DNA of 64,000 nucleotides from a virus (Duplodnaviria; Heunggongvirae; Uroviricota; Caudoviricetes): IMG/VR virus record IMGVR_UViG_3300037067_007156, positions 301,519 to 365,518 of that record; one strand, 5' to 3'. Shown piece by piece: positions 59,892 to 64,000 of this stretch (position 1 is its first letter; each line of letters starts with the position of its first letter). The notes under the pieces were generated by a model. It saw only the letters and a program-made list of their open reading frames with translations, ran no database searches and was not told where the DNA came from. The position numbers and the translations under genes were made by a program.

Positions 59892-60503
59892 ATGAAACAT
59901 CTAAAAAATTTCGACAACTATTTAAATGAAAGTAATTCGAAAGTTATTTTTTCAGACGAAGAACAAAAATTAAGTGATTTCTTTGAAGAAAATGAATTTA
60001 GAGTATTTCCGTTTGAACAAGATGACATGAACTGTGCAGAAGTTGAGAAATGGACTGATGGTGGCGTGGATATGGTAATCACATTAATGCCTTTTACAAA
60101 AGAAGAATTTATTGATTATGTTAATTATTTTGATGTAGATGATGAAATAGATATGCATAGACAAGACCAGCTATATAAAAACGCTTTCACTATTAGTGAT
60201 AGTGTAAAAGATTTTACCGACTTCCAAAACCACTTAAAAGAAATAGTTGAGAAATTGAATATTTTAAATGAAACAAATTCAGTTGAAAGAACTAAATCTG
60301 GTTGGACAAAAGAAAAGACTATTACAATAACTGTCACTGATGAAAAAATCTTAAATTCTACTGATGCTGAAAAATATTTAAATAAAGCTGAACAAAAAAA
60401 ACTCTGGAAAGGTAATTCATTTGTTATCCTGAAGGTGGGTAATATTAGGTATAAATACACAAATGAAAAAGGAAAATTATTGTCTAATGGAAGAATAATG
60501 TAA
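59892..60503 (+). CDS. hypothetical protein, putative virion internal protein
   Basis: N-terminus MKHLKNFDNYLNES; late-like promoter. Confidence 0.65.
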   Translation: MKHLKNFDNYLNESNSKVIFSDEEQKLSDFFEENEFRVFPFEQDDMNCAEVEKWTDGGVDMVITLMPFTKEEFIDYVNYFDVDDEIDMHRQDQLYKNAFTISDSVKDFTDFQNHLKEIVEKLNILNETNSVERTKSGWTKEKTITITVTDEKILNSTDAEKYLNKAEQKKLWKGNSFVILKVGNIRYKYTNEKGKLLSNGRIM

Positions 60504-60576
60504 ATATTTTAAAAATAATTTTATATATAGATTTGTATAATATTACCCACGCATGTTATACATTTCCATTTCAAAC

Positions 60577-60604
60577 AGGGACTTCGTAAGAAGTCCCTTT
60601 TTTA
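60577..60604 (+). terminator. intrinsic terminator
   Basis: AGGGACTTC-GTAA-GAAGTCCCT followed by a T-tract. Confidence 0.8.
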
Positions 60605-60622
60605 TAAACAAAATCATTATAA

Positions 60623-62407
60623 TTGACTATAATGGTTTATATGATTATAAAAGAAATAAGATTTAAAAATTTCAAGTCTTATGGGAACAAGCAACAAGTT
60701 CTCAAGTTCTCTGAGAAACCTGAACTAATTCTATTACAAGGTAGAACTGGTGCTGGTAAATCTTCTATTTTAGAATCAATAGACTTAGCTATTTATTCCA
60801 AAGTAAGAGGTAAGAATAAAAAAACAATACCTCTTATTGATTTACCTAATAGAAGAAACAAAAATCTCGAAGTTATTGTTGATTTTATTAACAACAACGA
60901 CCAGAAGATTATTATTCAAAGAAATATTAATCCGACCGCATTTGATGTTAAATTGAACGATAAACCATATACGGAACGTTTTAAGACCTTAACTGATGAT
61001 GACAGGGATAAACTCATAGGTTTTAATTATGATACATTTAAATCGTTTATTTCAATGAGTATAAACGATTTTTTAAATTTTATTCAATTACAATCGGTTG
61101 ATAAGAAAAATTTACTTAATAAAATATTCAATCTTGAAAAATTGGATTCATACTTATCTATTGTAAAAGATTTGCATAAAAATTTTCGTATAAAAATAGA
61201 AAAACTAACTAATGAAATATCTAATAATACCAGCTTGATAGAAAATTATACTTCTACTATCGAGAATATACAGTCACAATTAACTACATCTAAACAAGAG
61301 AGATTAGCTGAACTTCTTAAAATAGGTCAGGAAAAAACTGAAAAACATAAACACATAAAAGAAGAAGTTAAAAAAATTGATATAGAATATTCAACACTTA
61401 GTACAAAATTACAAGAATTAAAAAATAAAATAAAAATATTAAAAGAAGAAATTTCAGCTTTAACAAATGATAATTTACTTATTGATGAAAAAATAAAAGT
61501 ATTTGAATCTGGTAAATGTCCTTTATGTGATACTAAATTGAAAGAACATTCACACACGGAGAAGTTAAACGAATATTATAAAACGAAAGAATATAACAGT
61601 AAAAAGATTGTGTCTCTTAACGAGACAATATCAAAAGTAAATCGTGAAGGTAGAGAAATAGAAGAATCTTACAATGTTATCATTCGAAAACGTAATAGTT
61701 ATGCTGAGGTTAATAACAAATTGAAGTTAGAAATTGAAAATATTAAAAAAGAATATATGTCAACTGAAAAGTCTGACACTAATAATATCACCGCCGACAA
61801 TTTGCAAAATAAAATTACAGAATTAAAAAATAAAAATATTATTTTATCATCTGAGTTGGATGATTCTAATAAGAAAAAAGATGATTATGAGAAATTAATA
61901 AACCTGTTCGATGATAGTGGAATAAGAAAAAGTATTATTAGAAGTTTAGTAAAACCTATAAATGCTTATATAGAAGAATTTTTAGATGAAATAGATTTTA
62001 AATATAAAGCTGTTTTGAATGATGACTTCAATGCTACTATTTATGAATTTGGAATTACTAAAGTTAATCCCGAACTATTATCTAATGGTGAAATGAAAAT
62101 AGTAAATATTATAATAGCTTTTTCTTATATTAAAATGATAAGAAGTATGAAATCTATTAATATTTTATTTTTAGATGAAATATTTGTTTCTATTGATACA
62201 GAATATATATCAATGCTTATTAAATTATTGAAAAAATTATCAATAGACCTTAACACTAATGTTATCACCATGCATCATGGTATATTAGATGTCGATACTA
62301 ACAATTTTGATAGAATTATAAAAGTAGTAAACACACAATTTTCTGATATTAAAACAAATGAAGACTTTAGAATTGATATTGAGCAAGATGAATATCTTGT
62401 ACCATAG
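60623..62407 (+). CDS. Rad50/SbcC (T4 gp46-like) ATPase
   Basis: FKNFKSYGN, Walker A GRTGAGKS, zinc hook CPLC, LSNGE, Walker B LFLDE; probable start 60641. Confidence 0.9.
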   Translation: MTIMVYMIIKEIRFKNFKSYGNKQQVLKFSEKPELILLQGRTGAGKSSILESIDLAIYSKVRGKNKKTIPLIDLPNRRNKNLEVIVDFINNNDQKIIIQRNINPTAFDVKLNDKPYTERFKTLTDDDRDKLIGFNYDTFKSFISMSINDFLNFIQLQSVDKKNLLNKIFNLEKLDSYLSIVKDLHKNFRIKIEKLTNEISNNTSLIENYTSTIENIQSQLTTSKQERLAELLKIGQEKTEKHKHIKEEVKKIDIEYSTLSTKLQELKNKIKILKEEISALTNDNLLIDEKIKVFESGKCPLCDTKLKEHSHTEKLNEYYKTKEYNSKKIVSLNETISKVNREGREIEESYNVIIRKRNSYAEVNNKLKLEIENIKKEYMSTEKSDTNNITADNLQNKITELKNKNIILSSELDDSNKKKDDYEKLINLFDDSGIRKSIIRSLVKPINAYIEEFLDEIDFKYKAVLNDDFNATIYEFGITKVNPELLSNGEMKIVNIIIAFSYIKMIRSMKSINILFLDEIFVSIDTEYISMLIKLLKKLSIDLNTNVITMHHGILDVDTNNFDRIIKVVNTQFSDIKTNEDFRIDIEQDEYLVP

Positions 62408-63011
62408 TGTATTTTTTATTGAAATAGGTGCAAGTGATGGGATTTATAACGACCTGTTATATTCTTATATAACAAAACATGACTGGGAAGGTATATTAGT
62501 AGAACCTAATCAGGATATGTTTTTAAAATTAATCGATAATTATGCCGGATATTATAAATTATATTTCGAAAATGTGGCTGTTTCAAAAAATTATGGAACA
62601 CAGGATTTATTCAAAGTTTCACCTATTACTAAAGAAATAACAAAACATATTTCATCTCTGGATAAAGTTAATTTGATAAGACATAAAATCCCAGAAGAAA
62701 ATATTATATCAACTGCTGTTGAATGTGTGCCTTATGAACATTTATTAAGAAAATATTTTGTTAAAAAATATGATATTCTTTATTTAAACACTGAAGGATA
62801 TAATAGAATAATATTATCACAGGTTGTTAGATGTAACCCTTTACCCAAAATTATTATTTTTGAATATGTTAGGAGTTTAGATGAAGAAATTAAAGCGATA
62901 GAAGAATTGTTATCCAGATATAATTACAATATAATAAAAACAAAAACACACAACTACCATTACAGAAATGATGAAAACAATTTCATTAATAGTAGCAACA
63001 TCGAAGAATAA
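62358..63011 (+). CDS. FkbM-family methyltransferase
   Basis: FIEIGASDG, GILVEP, NVAV, LNTEG. Confidence 0.8.
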   Translation: MKTLELILSKMNILYHSVFFIEIGASDGIYNDLLYSYITKHDWEGILVEPNQDMFLKLIDNYAGYYKLYFENVAVSKNYGTQDLFKVSPITKEITKHISSLDKVNLIRHKIPEENIISTAVECVPYEHLLRKYFVKKYDILYLNTEGYNRIILSQVVRCNPLPKIIIFEYVRSLDEEIKAIEELLSRYNYNIIKTKTHNYHYRNDENNFINSSNIEE

Positions 63012-63447
63012 CGTAATTGCTAAAAATGGGTCGATTCCTTGGCATTGTTCAGAAGATATGAAGTTTTTTAGAAGAATGACAACAGGAAATAGTATAGTTA
63101 TGGGTCGAAAAACATGGGACACTTTAGGACGACCCCTTAAAAATAGGGAAAATATAGTTATAACCAGAAATTCAGAAAACATAAAAGGTAGTGTTATTGC
63201 TGTTAATTCTTTAGAAGAAGCTTTTGAAAAGGCTACAAATGATATATTTATAATTGGTGGTAGTGAAATATACAATCAAGCTATGCCATATGTGATAACC
63301 ATTTATAGAAGTTTAATTGATATTGATATACCAGATGGTGATGTGTTTTTTCCAGAAATAACTGAAAATGAATTTAAGCTTGTTAGTTCTGAAAAAATTA
63401 ATGATGAAATACCTTTTATTATTCAAGTATGGAAAAGAATGAAGTAA
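62968..63447 (+). CDS. folA: dihydrofolate reductase
   Basis: IPWHCSEDMKFFR, VMGRKTW, PLKNRENIVITR, IIGGSEIY, GDVFFP. Confidence 0.95.
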   Translation: MMKTISLIVATSKNNVIAKNGSIPWHCSEDMKFFRRMTTGNSIVMGRKTWDTLGRPLKNRENIVITRNSENIKGSVIAVNSLEEAFEKATNDIFIIGGSEIYNQAMPYVITIYRSLIDIDIPDGDVFFPEITENEFKLVSSEKINDEIPFIIQVWKRMK

Positions 63448-63761
63448 ATAATCATAGTTATTTTTCTGAAATTGTTAAATATATTAATAAGTTGGAAAAC
63501 GATACATTAATTACAAGAAAAGATTTAGTTAAAATTTTTCCAATTTCAAGTATAGATGTTTACAGAAGAGGACTGACACTTATTGGTGTGTTGGAAGATT
63601 TTGATTCTGGTATATACCGAAAGATGAATGATATACCACCTTTTATTAATTCGTCCAATTTACGAGACTATTCAAAAGATGAAATTTTAAAAGAAAAAAT
63701 GAAATATTATTATTTGACATTAGAACGAAAGAAAAAATTGGAAGAAATCTTTAATTATTAA
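63429..63761 (+). CDS. hypothetical protein with C-terminal tag
   Basis: Ends LERKKKLEEIFNY. Confidence 0.7.
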   Translation: MEKNEVNNHSYFSEIVKYINKLENDTLITRKDLVKIFPISSIDVYRRGLTLIGVLEDFDSGIYRKMNDIPPFINSSNLRDYSKDEILKEKMKYYYLTLERKKKLEEIFNY

Positions 63762-64000
63762 AACTTTTACTATTTTTGTTGTTGCATTTTTTATTATTGA
63801 TAAAAAAATTTAAATTTTGAAAATATGTGAATACATTTAAATCGTAAAACTTATAAAATATAGAATATGGCTGTTTCGAAATCAGATTTAAAATTCGATA
63901 CGATTTTGGGATATTATATATTATTTACGAATATTTTAACCACAAACATATCAAATAGATAGAAGAGAATGTGGTCGAGATATTCATAAAAAAGTAAATG

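Noticed and set aside
768-63275. Many antisense ORFs in the track (e.g. 7354, 12129, 25397, 52544, 56099, 60125, 62910)
   Set aside because: They overlap well-supported genes on the opposite strand and have F/S/I-rich shadow composition.
1-64000. CRISPR array, tRNA or rRNA genes
   Set aside because: No regularly spaced repeats or cloverleaf motifs noticed by eye; tRNAscan-SE was not run, so a tRNA cannot be fully excluded.
1-64000. Stop-codon recoding as in some gut megaphages
   Set aside because: Known genes (dut, rtcB, primase, folA) are full length under the standard code and gene density is high.

Overview
Very AT-rich, gene-dense segment that reads as part of a large T4-like (jumbo) phage genome. 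The host is probably a Bacteroidota bacterium, because TAnnTTTG elements sit at the head of many operons. Recognisable genes: two Rad50/gp46-like ATPases, DNA primase, a 3'-5' exonuclease, a gp13-like neck protein, dUTPase, DHFR, RtcB, an M16 peptidase, a MoxR AAA + VWA pair, KamA, GT25, an LpxH-like hydrolase, an HD (p)ppGpp-hydrolase-like protein, an Acb1-like 2H phosphoesterase, an ART-like protein, several homing endonucleases, and one TnpB and one IscB IS200/IS605 element. The main unexplained signal is a C-terminal peptide, R-x-x-K-[IL]-x-x-[ILV]-[FL], on about 25 mostly unrelated small proteins. These include unannotated ORFs, two genes split by the TnpB and IscB elements, and two proteins carrying major-capsid-like fragments. 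A separate set of about 11 genes, mostly behind a (TA)ATATATA late-like promoter, begins instead with an N-terminal peptide resembling the T4 capsid-targeting sequence. All calls come from reading motifs by eye; no database searches were run.
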